Assembly: GCA_017466805.1 (NCBI GenBank)
Contig: JAFTTN010000088.1
Location: 721 to 64,720 of the forward strand
From: Clostridia bacterium
GTDB lineage: Bacteria > Bacillota > Clostridia > Oscillospirales > CAG-382
Reading direction: 5' to 3'
Length of the DNA: 64,000 nt
Shown one piece after another: positions 41,786 through 51,380 of the stretch. The position numbers and the translations under genes were made by a program. The notes beneath the pieces are model-generated. The model saw only the letters and a program-made list of their open reading frames with translations, did no database searches and was not told the DNA's origin. Position 1 is the stretch's first letter; each line of letters opens with the position of its first letter.

Positions 41786-43705
41786 ATGGCTTTAAAAAAG
41801 GAAGCGAGATATAAATTATATATAGCATCGGCGCTTATCGCGGTATTCGCAACGCTTGCGTTGTTTCTGTTTTCGGGCGATAATTTAACGCTTTTGAAAA
41901 ACGTTTTTTCGAACGACATGTCCAACGAGCAGCTAAAGGAAACCTTAAAAAGCTTTGGCTGGCGCGGATATATTACGGTAATAATGCTTTCGTTTATACA
42001 GGTTGTAAGCTCTTGCCTCCCTGCCGAGCCGGTGCAGGTCGTTGCGGGGGTTACGTTTGGGTTCCCTTTGGGACTTTTGCTGTGCTGTATCGGCATTTTT
42101 ATCGCAAACACAACCATATATTTGCTGTATAAAAGCTTTGGCGAAAGGTTAAACAGCTTTTTTGTAAAAAAGCTTCATTTGGACCTCGAAAAAATCGCAG
42201 GCTCGGGCAAATGCGTGCTGATTATTTTTATTCTGTATATCCTGCCCGCGATTCCCTATGGTATGATATGCTTTTTCGCGGCTTCGACGAATATGCGTTA
42301 CCGCAAATATATCGCCGTAACAGTGCTCGGCTCGCTCCCCTCCGCCTGCTTGGGCGTGGGGCTCGGCTACGTTGCTATCGAGGCGAATTGGATCATTTCG
42401 CTCTGCGCGTTCGCGTTGCTTATTGCGGCAATGATAATTTTGTGGTTCAAGCGCGATGTTTTGTTCGAAAAGCTAAACGGCTTTGCCGAAAAAAGCAAGA
42501 AAAAATCCGAAAACGAGCTTCGAGAAACCAACGCGTTTTTGCTCAATCTCTGCTATTTTGTATTTTATATATATTTTAGGCTTTGCGGCGTACGCATAAA
42601 GGTAAAAAACAAAATCGAAAATCTGCAAAAGCCGTCTATCGTGCTTTGCAACCACGGCTCGTTCGTCGATTTCGTTTTCGTCGCGGCAATGCTCCGCAAA
42701 AGCAAGCCGAAATTCGTTGCGGCGCGGCTTTATTTCTACGACAAGCGCTCGCGCTGGCTTATACGCGCTATCGGCGGGTTCCCGAAAAGTATGTTCGCTA
42801 TCGATTTGGAAAGCACGCGCAACTGTATACGTGCGCTAAAGACCGGCAACGCGCTGCTTATGATGCCCGAGGCGCGCTTATCGACTGCGGGACGGTTCGA
42901 GGATATTCAGGATACCACCTATACCTTTATAAAAAAATCCGCCGTGCCGGTATACACGCTTAAATTCAGCGGCGATTATTTTGCCGACCCGAAATGGGGC
43001 AAGGGCTTCCGCCGCGGGTCTGTTGTAGAAGCCGAAATGGATTTGCTTTTTTCCGCCGAAAGCATTGCAAGCCTTTCGGCAGAGGAAATTAAAAGCGGCG
43101 TCGAAGCCAAGCTTTACTATAACGAATTTGAATGGCTGAAGCAGAACCCCGAAATCGAATACCGCTCGAAGCGTATGGCCGAGGGCTTGGAAAACATTCT
43201 TGCCGTTTGCCCGCTTTGCCGCGGCAAGCACACGATTAAAACCGAAAAAGACAAAATATATTGCGAAAAATGCGGATATTTAACCTCGATAGACAATAAA
43301 TACGCATTTTCCGAGGGCTTTAAATTCGAAAACCTTTTGCAATGGTACGATTGGCGCAAGGCTCTGCTCGAGCAGGAAATTGAAGATAGCAATAATTTTT
43401 CGCTGTCCGCAAGTGTCGAGCTTCGATTGCCGAGCAAAAACGGAAAAGGGCTAACCCGCCAAGCAGGAAAAGGGGTTTGCACGCTCGACAGGCAAGGGCT
43501 TAAATATTGCGGCGAAAAGGACGGCGAAAAAGTCGAGCTGTTCTTCCCGATAGAGCGCATCTACCGCTTGCTTTTCGGCGCGGGCGAGAATTTTGAAATA
43601 TACAACGACAAGGAAATTCTTTATTTCGTGCCCGAGGAAAAGCGCTCCTGCGTTGATTGGTATCTTTCCTCGATGATTTTATACGATAAGGCTGTCGGAA
43701 AATAA
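41786..43705 (+). CDS. VTT/DedA membrane domain fused to a PlsC-like glycerolipid acyltransferase
   Basis: N-terminal TMs with LPAEP and ILPAIP; NHGSFVD (HX4D), MPEARLS; CPLC/CEKC; promoter TTGACG-17-TATAAT at 41715-41743. Confidence 0.8.
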   Translation: MALKKEARYKLYIASALIAVFATLALFLFSGDNLTLLKNVFSNDMSNEQLKETLKSFGWRGYITVIMLSFIQVVSSCLPAEPVQVVAGVTFGFPLGLLLCCIGIFIANTTIYLLYKSFGERLNSFFVKKLHLDLEKIAGSGKCVLIIFILYILPAIPYGMICFFAASTNMRYRKYIAVTVLGSLPSACLGVGLGYVAIEANWIISLCAFALLIAAMIILWFKRDVLFEKLNGFAEKSKKKSENELRETNAFLLNLCYFVFYIYFRLCGVRIKVKNKIENLQKPSIVLCNHGSFVDFVFVAAMLRKSKPKFVAARLYFYDKRSRWLIRAIGGFPKSMFAIDLESTRNCIRALKTGNALLMMPEARLSTAGRFEDIQDTTYTFIKKSAVPVYTLKFSGDYFADPKWGKGFRRGSVVEAEMDLLFSAESIASLSAEEIKSGVEAKLYYNEFEWLKQNPEIEYRSKRMAEGLENILAVCPLCRGKHTIKTEKDKIYCEKCGYLTSIDNKYAFSEGFKFENLLQWYDWRKALLEQEIEDSNNFSLSASVELRLPSKNGKGLTRQAGKGVCTLDRQGLKYCGEKDGEKVELFFPIERIYRLLFGAGENFEIYNDKEILYFVPEEKRSCVDWYLSSMILYDKAVGK

Positions 43706-43725
43706 AACGAAAGGGGGGTATTGTC

Positions 43726-45171
43726 ATTAAAACGGCAAATACTTCCGCAAAAAAGGAATCAAGCGCATCGGGCATTAGCCTGCGTTCGTTTATAACCGTC
43801 GTTTTGATTCTTTTATCTATCCTTCTCTTTTGCGGTTCACTTACCTATTTTATCCCCCAAGGCTCGTTCGAGCGCGATGCCGAAAACAAAATCCTGCTTG
43901 AAAGCTATACCGAAGGCGAAATAGCCGGTATTTCTATCGGCAGTATTCTTTCCGCGCCGTTGCGCGTGTTTGCTTCCGAAAACGCGTTAACGATTATTAT
44001 GATAAGCGTTTTTCTGCTCGTTATGAGCGGAATATTCAACGTTTTGGAGGCAACCGGCGGTATACGCGTGTTCATAATTCATATTATGAACAAGCTAAAA
44101 AACAAAAACGCCGCAATAGTTTGCGTTACCGTTTTGGTGTTTATGCTTTTCGGCAGTCTTTTCGGAATGTTCGAGGAGCTGGTAACCCTGCTTCCGCTTA
44201 TAATTATTTTTATGCTTTCGATGAATATGGATACGATGCTCGGGCTCGGTGCTTGCTTGTTGGCGGCGTGCTTCGGATTTTCGACCGCAATCACCAATCC
44301 ATTTTCGGTCGGCACCGCCGCGCAGTATGCAAATATCCCCACCTCGTCGGGCGCGTGGCTTCGAATCTGCTTTTTTGTAATAGTTTATATAATTCTCTGC
44401 GTATTTTTAATGGCATACCTAAAGAAAATCAAACGCTGTCCGCAAGCATCGCCAACCTATGAATCGGATTGCAAGCGCCGCGAAGCGATTATTGCCGAAA
44501 CGGGTGCCTCGCCCGATAATCAAAAGCAGACGTTTAGAATTTATTCGGTCTTCTTTGCTATCCAAGGTGTGCTTTTGGCGGCAATCGCCTTTATCCGCGC
44601 CATTTCGGGCTTTGCTATTCCTATTTTGGCGGCAAGCTTTTTGGTATGCGGTATAATTTGCGGCTATCTGGTTTGCAAAAATCCTCGTTTCACGCTTTCG
44701 GCGTTTTTAAAGGGCGCGGCTTCGATGCTGCCCGCCGTGCTTATGATCGCGCTTGCCTCCTCGGTTAGCTTGGTAATGGAGGAGGGCGGTATTATCGATA
44801 CCGTTCTGCACTACGTTATAAAGCTGCTTGTTGGGAAAAGTGCTTTTGTAACGGTAATTTTAATATATTTTCTTATTCTGTTTTTGCAAATCTTTATCGG
44901 CTCGGCTTCGGCGAAAATCTTCCTTGTTTTGCCGATAATACTTCCCGTTACAAACGCGCTCGGCATATCGCCCGAGCTGGTTATATTAACCTACTGTATG
45001 GCAGACGGCTTTACCGACGTTATTCTGCCCACCAACCCGATATTGCTTATCGGCTTATCGATGGCGAACGTTTCCTATATAAAATGGCTTAAATGGACCT
45101 GGAAGCTGCAGCTTTTGCTGTTTTCGGTTTCGTTACTCGTTTTGCTTTTCGCAGTTACGATAGGCTATTAA
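43726..45171 (+). CDS. YfcC/DcuC-type transporter (probable ATT start)
   Basis: LTYFIPQGSF, GSLFGMFEE, NPFSVG.AQ, ADGFTDVILPT; RBS AAGGGGGG precedes an in-frame ATT. Confidence 0.8.
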   Translation: MKTANTSAKKESSASGISLRSFITVVLILLSILLFCGSLTYFIPQGSFERDAENKILLESYTEGEIAGISIGSILSAPLRVFASENALTIIMISVFLLVMSGIFNVLEATGGIRVFIIHIMNKLKNKNAAIVCVTVLVFMLFGSLFGMFEELVTLLPLIIIFMLSMNMDTMLGLGACLLAACFGFSTAITNPFSVGTAAQYANIPTSSGAWLRICFFVIVYIILCVFLMAYLKKIKRCPQASPTYESDCKRREAIIAETGASPDNQKQTFRIYSVFFAIQGVLLAAIAFIRAISGFAIPILAASFLVCGIICGYLVCKNPRFTLSAFLKGAASMLPAVLMIALASSVSLVMEEGGIIDTVLHYVIKLLVGKSAFVTVILIYFLILFLQIFIGSASAKIFLVLPIILPVTNALGISPELVILTYCMADGFTDVILPTNPILLIGLSMANVSYIKWLKWTWKLQLLLFSVSLLVLLFAVTIGY

Positions 45172-45305
45172 AAAACCAAAAAAATCACAGGCTTTTATAT
45201 TGCGAAAAGAAGACTCCCGTTTATTAATCGTGAGTCTTCTGTTTTTTTAATCCGAGCTTGCGGCAATTATTCGCGCGCAGAAAAGCGATAACGGTTAACC
45301 GCGTT

Positions 45306-45737
45306 TTATTCGGTTCTGCATTTCACTATCGCTTCGGTAACGTTTGTTAAAACGAGCTCGCCTTTTTGGTTGCGGACCTCGATAGTTATTTCGGCAAGGC
45401 CGTTTTTGGCGTTGCGCCTAACGAGATTCGTAACGGTTGCCCTTCCGATTAACACGTCGTCGGCGAAAACCGGCTTTAGCCATTCGATTTTTGTGGATTT
45501 CCCTGCAAGAAGCTCCTCGCCGAAAAAATCCACCTCCAAATACTTCGCCCATACCGACATAAACGACATAACCCCCGGCGCGATAAGCTTGCCGAACGGC
45601 GTGGTTTTCGCATATTCCTCGTCGGTGTGAAGCGGAATATTGTCGTACGTGCGCGCAAAATCGACCATTTTTTCTTTTTCGATGACGGCGGGAGCAATTT
45701 CTGCCGTCATTCCTGTTTTTAAATCGTCAAAATACAT
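45306..45737 (-). CDS. MaoC-family dehydratase
   Basis: MYFDDL, DNIPLHTDEEYA, FGKLIAPG, KPVFADD, NQKGE. Confidence 0.88.
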   Translation of the reverse strand: MYFDDLKTGMTAEIAPAVIEKEKMVDFARTYDNIPLHTDEEYAKTTPFGKLIAPGVMSFMSVWAKYLEVDFFGEELLAGKSTKIEWLKPVFADDVLIGRATVTNLVRRNAKNGLAEITIEVRNQKGELVLTNVTEAIVKCRTE

Positions 45738-45769
45738 TTAATCACCAATATTTTTATAGTATATAACCG

Positions 45770-45809
45770 AAAAGAGCCTTTGCCCTTGAAGGATAAAGGC
45801 TCTTTTTTT
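45770..45809 (-). terminator. Terminator of the symporter gene
   Basis: AAAGAGCCTTT...AAAGGCTCTTT stem. Confidence 0.7.
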
Positions 45810-45828
45810 GTTAATGCATAACGCTATT

Positions 45829-47385
45829 TTATTCCTCGCCGTAGCATTCGAATATCGCGTCTACCCGTTCTGCCTCTGCTTTTTTATTTTTGGTAAGCAG
45901 GCTTACAACGGGAACGGCGATAAGCGAAACCGCCATAGCGGCAACACCCATTTCGGGAGATTTTGCAGCAGCCGCAGAGAAGCTGTCGGTAAGAGTGATT
46001 ACGAGCGTTGCGCCGCCAACGGTAAGAAGTCCCGAAAGGATACCCGCGTACGCACCGATTTTGGTAATTCTCTTCGAGAACAAGCCCCAAATATACGGGC
46101 CGATAAAGCAGCCGGAAACGAGTCCCCAGGAGAACGACATAAGGCTAACGATAATCGGAATATTGCGGGTTGCAAAAATAAACGAGCAAGCAACGAATAC
46201 AAGGCAAAGGATCCTTGTAAGAAGCATTTGCGTTTCGGGCTTGGTTTCCTTCTTTCTAACTGCGGGAATAAGGTCGACCGCAACCGCAGAAGCAGAGGTA
46301 AGAACGACTGCCTCCAAGGTAGACATAGAAGCCGAAAGAAGCAGAATCATAATAACCGCCAAAAGCACGATTCCGAACGTTCCGCCGCCGAGAACCTCCA
46401 TAAGCACGGTCGGAATAATAGAATCGATGCCGCCTTCGGGAAGCTGACCGCCGAGAACTAATCTCGAGGTGCTGCCGATAAGATATGCGCCGCAGCCTAT
46501 AATAAGGCAGAAAACGGTGGAAATAACCGTTCCGCGCTTGATAGCGGCGGTATCCTTAATCGCATAGAACTTGCCGATCATTTGAGGAAGACCCCAGGTA
46601 CCAAAGCTTGTGAGCATAATATTAAAGCAAAGGAATTTGAACGAAGAGCCGCCGAAAATATCGGTAAGCTGCAGCCCCGTTGTAGGATTGGGGTCGCCGG
46701 GGAGAGATTCGAAATTGCGCAGATTTTCGATAAAGCCGTTTATTCCGCCGACGTTATCGTGGTTAAGAACCGATACGACCAAGCATACTACGCCTACGAT
46801 CATAATAATACCCTGAACCAAATCGGTATACGATGTTGCGATATATCCGCCTGCAACAAGGTAAACGGCGGTAAGGGAAGCAATTATAAGCATCCAAACC
46901 CAAGTTTCAACACCGGGGAACACCGCGCTGAAGAGTGAGCCGAGTCCTTTATAGACCGCGGCGGAATAGGGCACGAGAAATACGAAAATGATAACCGAAG
47001 CCAAAACCTTCATACCCTTTGAAGCATAGCGCTTTTCGAAATAATCGGGCATTGTTCTTGAGTTAAGCTTTTTCGTCATCTTGCGGGTGCGGTTTGCAAA
47101 CAAGAGCCAAGAAAGCAAGCAGCCGAGTACGGCGTTGCCGATACCGATCCATATTGCGCCGATACCGATATTCCAGCCGTGCTGACCTGCGTAACCAACG
47201 AATACAACGGCGGAAAAATACGTAGTACCGTATGAAAAGGCGGTTGCCCAAGCACCGATATTACGGCCGCCGATTAAAAAGCCGTCGAGTGTTTTTGATT
47301 TTCCGTAACTAATACATCCGATAAGTGCCATTGCAATAGCGTATACACACAGTGCAATGACAGTATAAAGCTGTGTATTTGTCAT
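45829..47385 (-). CDS. Sodium:solute symporter (PanF-like)
   Basis: FLIGGRNIG, TYFSAVVFVG, YTDLVQG, GLPQ, SASMSTL; ~13 TM. Confidence 0.9.
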   Translation of the reverse strand: MTNTQLYTVIALCVYAIAMALIGCISYGKSKTLDGFLIGGRNIGAWATAFSYGTTYFSAVVFVGYAGQHGWNIGIGAIWIGIGNAVLGCLLSWLLFANRTRKMTKKLNSRTMPDYFEKRYASKGMKVLASVIIFVFLVPYSAAVYKGLGSLFSAVFPGVETWVWMLIIASLTAVYLVAGGYIATSYTDLVQGIIMIVGVVCLVVSVLNHDNVGGINGFIENLRNFESLPGDPNPTTGLQLTDIFGGSSFKFLCFNIMLTSFGTWGLPQMIGKFYAIKDTAAIKRGTVISTVFCLIIGCGAYLIGSTSRLVLGGQLPEGGIDSIIPTVLMEVLGGGTFGIVLLAVIMILLLSASMSTLEAVVLTSASAVAVDLIPAVRKKETKPETQMLLTRILCLVFVACSFIFATRNIPIIVSLMSFSWGLVSGCFIGPYIWGLFSKRITKIGAYAGILSGLLTVGGATLVITLTDSFSAAAAKSPEMGVAAMAVSLIAVPVVSLLTKNKKAEAERVDAIFECYGEE

Positions 47386-47501
47386 TCAAAGTCCCTCCTT
47401 TTTACCTCTAAAACAAATTGTGCATTAGGACTTGATTTTATCTTGCTATGATTATATAATAAGATTCGACATTAGTCAAACGAATGGTTTTAATGCAAGC
47501 T

Positions 47502-47516
47502 ATCGATATTTTCGAT
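47502..47516. promoter_or_regulatory. Putative LysR binding site
   Basis: ATCGA-TATTT-TCGAT dyad (T-N11-A) between the divergent symporter and LysR genes. Confidence 0.6.
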
Positions 47517-47529
47517 GCAGGAGCGAATT

Positions 47530-48417
47530 ATGGAATTAAGAAATTTAATCACGTTTACAAACGTAGCAGAGCTCGGCAGCTTTACAAAAGCAGGCGAGCA
47601 GCTTGGGTATTCGCAATCGACGGTGTCTTTCCAAATCAAACAGCTCGAGGAAGAGTTGGGCTGTCTTTTGTTCGAACGAATTAACCACACTATTGCGCTG
47701 ACCGAGCGTGGACACGAGCTTTTATCCTATGCCAACCAAATACGTACGCTTACCGATGAATTTATGGAAAATCTTGTAAAAGACGCAGAGCTTGCAGGGC
47801 ATATTAACGTCGTTACGCCCGATTCGGTGTGCGATGAAATGCTAAACGCGCATTATATGGATTTTCACGATAAATACCCCTCTATATCCATAAAGTTCAC
47901 CACGGCAGACACCGCGGTTATGTTCGATATGCTTGACCACAACGAAGCCGACGTAATAATCACACTGGACAACCATTCCTATAATAAGGATTACGTTATC
48001 GCAAAGGAGCAGCGGCTTTCGATGCACTTTGTCGCCCGCGCCGATTCGAAATTTGCGCGGGTTGGCAACCTTTCTATAAAGGATATTGTTAACGAGCCCT
48101 TTATTTTAACAGAATACGGGCAGGGCTACCGCCGCGTTTTCGACAAAGAGCTCGCCAAGCGCTCTTTAGAAATAACCCCCGTGCTTGAAATCGGAAGAAC
48201 CGATATTATTACTTCGCTCGTGGCGCAAAGCGATATGCTTTCGTATCTGCCCGATTTTGTAACGAAGGATTTAATCGAAGCAGGCAAGCTTTGCTATCTC
48301 GACGTCGCGGATATGGATATCGAAATATGGAAGCAGCTTATATACCACAAGAACAAATGGATATCAAAGAGCCTTAAGGTGTTTATCGATCACGTCAGCC
48401 AAAGCATCGATGCCTGA
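47530..48417 (+). CDS. LysR-family regulator
   Basis: GSFTKAGEQLGYSQSTVSFQIKQLEEELGCLLFER. Confidence 0.95.
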   Translation: MELRNLITFTNVAELGSFTKAGEQLGYSQSTVSFQIKQLEEELGCLLFERINHTIALTERGHELLSYANQIRTLTDEFMENLVKDAELAGHINVVTPDSVCDEMLNAHYMDFHDKYPSISIKFTTADTAVMFDMLDHNEADVIITLDNHSYNKDYVIAKEQRLSMHFVARADSKFARVGNLSIKDIVNEPFILTEYGQGYRRVFDKELAKRSLEITPVLEIGRTDIITSLVAQSDMLSYLPDFVTKDLIEAGKLCYLDVADMDIEIWKQLIYHKNKWISKSLKVFIDHVSQSIDA

Positions 48418-48785
48418 ATTGCAAAACGGCATTCCCCGCCCCTTTCACCGCGCGAAAAATCCACAAAGATAAAAAACACAATCGCGCTCTAAAACGGCCA
48501 CAATGCATTTTTGATATATGCTTCGTTGCGGCACCGTGTGCTCAAGTCGAACAATGCGATTCGAGCACCATAAAATAACAGAGGTAAGACGCAAGGCTGC
48601 TAAATGCTTTATATTCGATAGTACAAAAAACAAACTCGTAAGCCAAAAACTTACGAGTTTTTTACGTAAGGACAAAAAAACGTCACGCCTTGACGGAAGC
48701 TTTTTTGCTTTTTTATTCGTTTTATTTGCCCGCTTTGATTTCCTTATTAAGCTTTTTGCCGGTTGCTCCAGCTATAAAGTATACC

Positions 48786-48940
48786 GTAACCCCAACACCA
48801 ACCTTTTGATGATACATATACATCCTTTGGTGCTCCGCATCACACACCGAGAACGATAACTCCCCTCTCGGCGTAGTCATCTTAACTCTTAATCTCTCCT
48901 TTGTCAAGTGTCAATGATTGGGGTGCTATAAACAAAGAAA
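48786..48940. repeat. 155-bp direct repeat, copy 1
   Basis: Matches 50475-50629 with 5 mismatches by manual count. Confidence 0.95.
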
Positions 48941-48966
48941 CACCGCCGAGGAATCTCGGCGGTGTT
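48940..48966 (-). terminator. Conserved terminator hairpin, copy 1
   Basis: ACACCGCCGAG-GAAT-CTCGGCGGTGT with TTTCTTTG tail on the minus strand. Confidence 0.8.
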
Positions 48967-48980
48967 GGTTATATAAAACA

Positions 48981-50096
48981 TCATACTAAACGTTTGATAA
49001 GATCTTCTTCCGAACCATTAAGCAAATCCTTAGGCGCAAAATGAAGCATTGTATATGCACCAGGGGCTTTGTTCATCAACGCTCTTGCGGCAGAAACCAT
49101 CATTTGAGCTGTCAGCGCAGGATTATCAATGCTCATTTCAAAATTAAAGAGTTGGTTATTTGTTGCACCGGAGCCGCCCTTCCTTTCAATCACCGTGCCG
49201 TGTCCCATATCGATTATGGATTCAAGCTCAGAAACCCGAATTACGTGCGTTTCGTCATTCACAAAATATGGGTCTGTTTTTATTTTATCAGCTATTTCAG
49301 TAAAGGAGGCGTTATTCTCAATTACAACGTAAACCATACGTCTGTGCAAACCGGCACCCAACGGTATAGTTACAGACATTCCGTCCTTAACGCCTTTGAT
49401 TGCCTTTACCGCAACCGTATGACCCATACTCATACCGGACCCGAAATTAGTATATGTCAACCCTTTCGGCGCAGCCGCTTCAAGCAAAGCACGTATTACC
49501 GAATCAAGTCCGGGGTCAAACCCAACCGCCGTAGCCGCACAAGCAGTATTGCGTTTTGCAATACTGTTCAGCCTCGAATACAAATCATAAACTTCGCTAT
49601 GAATATCGAAGCAATCTACGGTGTATATTCCCTTTTGTAATATATCCTCCGCAACCTCCGGAACCTTTCTGCTTGGGACACACAAAAGAACAATTTGAAC
49701 GTTTTTCAACTCGTCAACAGTACGGACAACAGGAATATCGTCAAAATAGTCTTTTTCAAGAGATTGACTCACAACTCCCACAAGATCAAAATCAGACGTA
49801 CTCTTTATCGCTTCAACAGCCGCTTTTCCAATATGTCCATAACCTATGATTCCGATTCGAATTCGATTAGGAACATTGTTATTACAATTTTCATCAGAAT
49901 AATCAATCCCGTATAGTTGATATATATTCACGCCCAGCACTTTTGCGATTTTGGGCAACAGCATCACATCGGGCATCGAAACTTCCGATTCCCACTTGGA
50001 AACCGATTGATTGGTAACACCGAGCTTTACGCCTAATTCTTCTTGAGTGAACCCTAACACTTTTCTGTATTTTGCAATATTCTTACCTATGCTCAT
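48981..50096 (-). CDS. XRE HTH fused to meso-diaminopimelate dehydrogenase
   Basis: N-terminal HTH (TQEELG...SVSKWE); IGIIGYGHIG, VDCFDIH, GFDPG.DS, TNFG.GMSMGH, NPALTAQ. Confidence 0.85.
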   Translation of the reverse strand: MSIGKNIAKYRKVLGFTQEELGVKLGVTNQSVSKWESEVSMPDVMLLPKIAKVLGVNIYQLYGIDYSDENCNNNVPNRIRIGIIGYGHIGKAAVEAIKSTSDFDLVGVVSQSLEKDYFDDIPVVRTVDELKNVQIVLLCVPSRKVPEVAEDILQKGIYTVDCFDIHSEVYDLYSRLNSIAKRNTACAATAVGFDPGLDSVIRALLEAAAPKGLTYTNFGSGMSMGHTVAVKAIKGVKDGMSVTIPLGAGLHRRMVYVVIENNASFTEIADKIKTDPYFVNDETHVIRVSELESIIDMGHGTVIERKGGSGATNNQLFNFEMSIDNPALTAQMMVSAARALMNKAPGAYTMLHFAPKDLLNGSEEDLIKRLV

Positions 50097-50420
50097 ATCT
50101 ACACCTCCATTAAGGTTGAATCCATTATAACAAAAAAATTGCAAAAAATAAACATATCAATTTACGAATGGAACAATGAATGTTTATAAATATTCGCCAT
50201 TTGGTTGGAACATTGATGCTCTTTTGATGATGTAGTAAACGGAAACGTTGGAAACAGAACGGAACAGATGGGAAATTGATGCCCGATTTGAGAATCAAAG
50301 TGGGATTTAGTGAACCGTGGCTCGCGAAAAATGCAAAATGCTATGCTTTGATGCTTTTTTGATGATATGAACCGAATTTGCTTCATTATATCCCCACAGC
50401 TTTTTTGATGCTACTCCCAA

Positions 50421-50455
50421 CACACCCCAAAAGTCTTGCGACTTTCGGGGACCCC
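50421..50455. repeat. REP-like palindrome (related copy at ~59861-59893)
   Basis: CCCCAAAAGTC-TTGC-GACTTTCGGGGACCCC versus CCCAAAAAAATC-TTT-GATTTTTCGGAGACCCC. Confidence 0.55.
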
Positions 50456-50474
50456 ATAATTAAAGGTTGATGCT

Positions 50475-50629
50475 GTAACCCCAACATCAACCTTTTGATG
50501 ATACATATACACCCTTTGATGCTCCGCATCACACACCGAGAACGATAACTCCCCTCTCGGCGTCGTCATCTTAACTCTTAATCTCTCCTTTGTCAAGTGT
50601 CAATGATTGGGATGCTATAAACAAAGAAA
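50475..50629. repeat. 155-bp direct repeat, copy 2
   Basis: Near-identical to 48786-48940. Confidence 0.95.
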
Positions 50630-50727
50630 AGCTCGTCAGTCTATTGCTCTATTATTATAACAAAAATAAGCATAGACGGCTATACCTATAAACTCGGTAT
50701 AGGGCTATGCTTATGTTGTACCAAAGA

Positions 50728-50757
50728 AAAACAGCCGAGGAAATTCTCGGCTGTTTC
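50728..50757 (-). terminator. Conserved terminator hairpin, copy 2
   Basis: AAACAGCCGAG-GAAATT-CTCGGCTGTTT preceded by CAAAGAAA. Confidence 0.8.
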
Positions 50758-50783
50758 TTTATCTATTGATTCTAATGAATTAA

Positions 50784-51344
50784 TTACAAATCCTGCTTCA
50801 ATAGATGACCATACAATTTTTCGTAGTAATCTTTTTTCGATGACATATCAAATTTATGCCAATTATGAGTATCAAAATCCGAGGAAAGTAATGTCATCAT
50901 TAAAAACGGAGAACATCTCAAATTCAATAATTTCAGATCCTTAAACCTTTCAGGAAAACCGTTTGCGAAAGGATCAGAGCGGCATGTTTCCCACTCATTT
51001 CGATATATATGATTAAATTCGAAAAAAGCATAGTGGTCATCATCGGGATCAACATACTTCAACAATATTTGGTACTCGGGAAATGGATATGTTTCATTTG
51101 AAACCTCTTCGTGCCCAACAAGAACGAAAAGTCCATTTTTGTAGTACCAGTTAATGTCTGCCCAGATTATAAAAGCGCATTCTCCAGAAACAATCTCATT
51201 CAAATTGTTTGGTATTGTTTGATAAAAGCCCGGCATGACACGGATATATTTCCCTTTTTTCGGAACATTGTATGCCCAATGGAAAATACGATATCCACGG
51301 TCGGTTTGGAAAGCGAGGATATCGCCCAATTTCAACCTTTTCAT
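50784..51344 (-). CDS. Hypothetical protein, possibly Imm26-like immunity protein
   Basis: GAGGTG RBS; N-terminus KRLKLGDILAF...G resembles Imm26 (weak). Confidence 0.5.
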   Translation of the reverse strand: MKRLKLGDILAFQTDRGYRIFHWAYNVPKKGKYIRVMPGFYQTIPNNLNEIVSGECAFIIWADINWYYKNGLFVLVGHEEVSNETYPFPEYQILLKYVDPDDDHYAFFEFNHIYRNEWETCRSDPFANGFPERFKDLKLLNLRCSPFLMMTLLSSDFDTHNWHKFDMSSKKDYYEKLYGHLLKQDL

Positions 51345-51380
51345 ATAAACACCTCATTTTAATGAATCTTTGTAGGGGAT

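Noticed and set aside
48555-48570. tRNA 3' end (TTCGAGCACCA)
   Set aside because: No cloverleaf or proper T-arm could be folded upstream.
48722-48907. Two 61-aa ORFs starting MTKERLRVK (also 50411-50596)
   Set aside because: Their TTG start is the -35 box of the repeat, and their C-termini diverge where the DNA repeat ends. They are probably by-products of a non-coding repeat, though a shorter peptide cannot be excluded.
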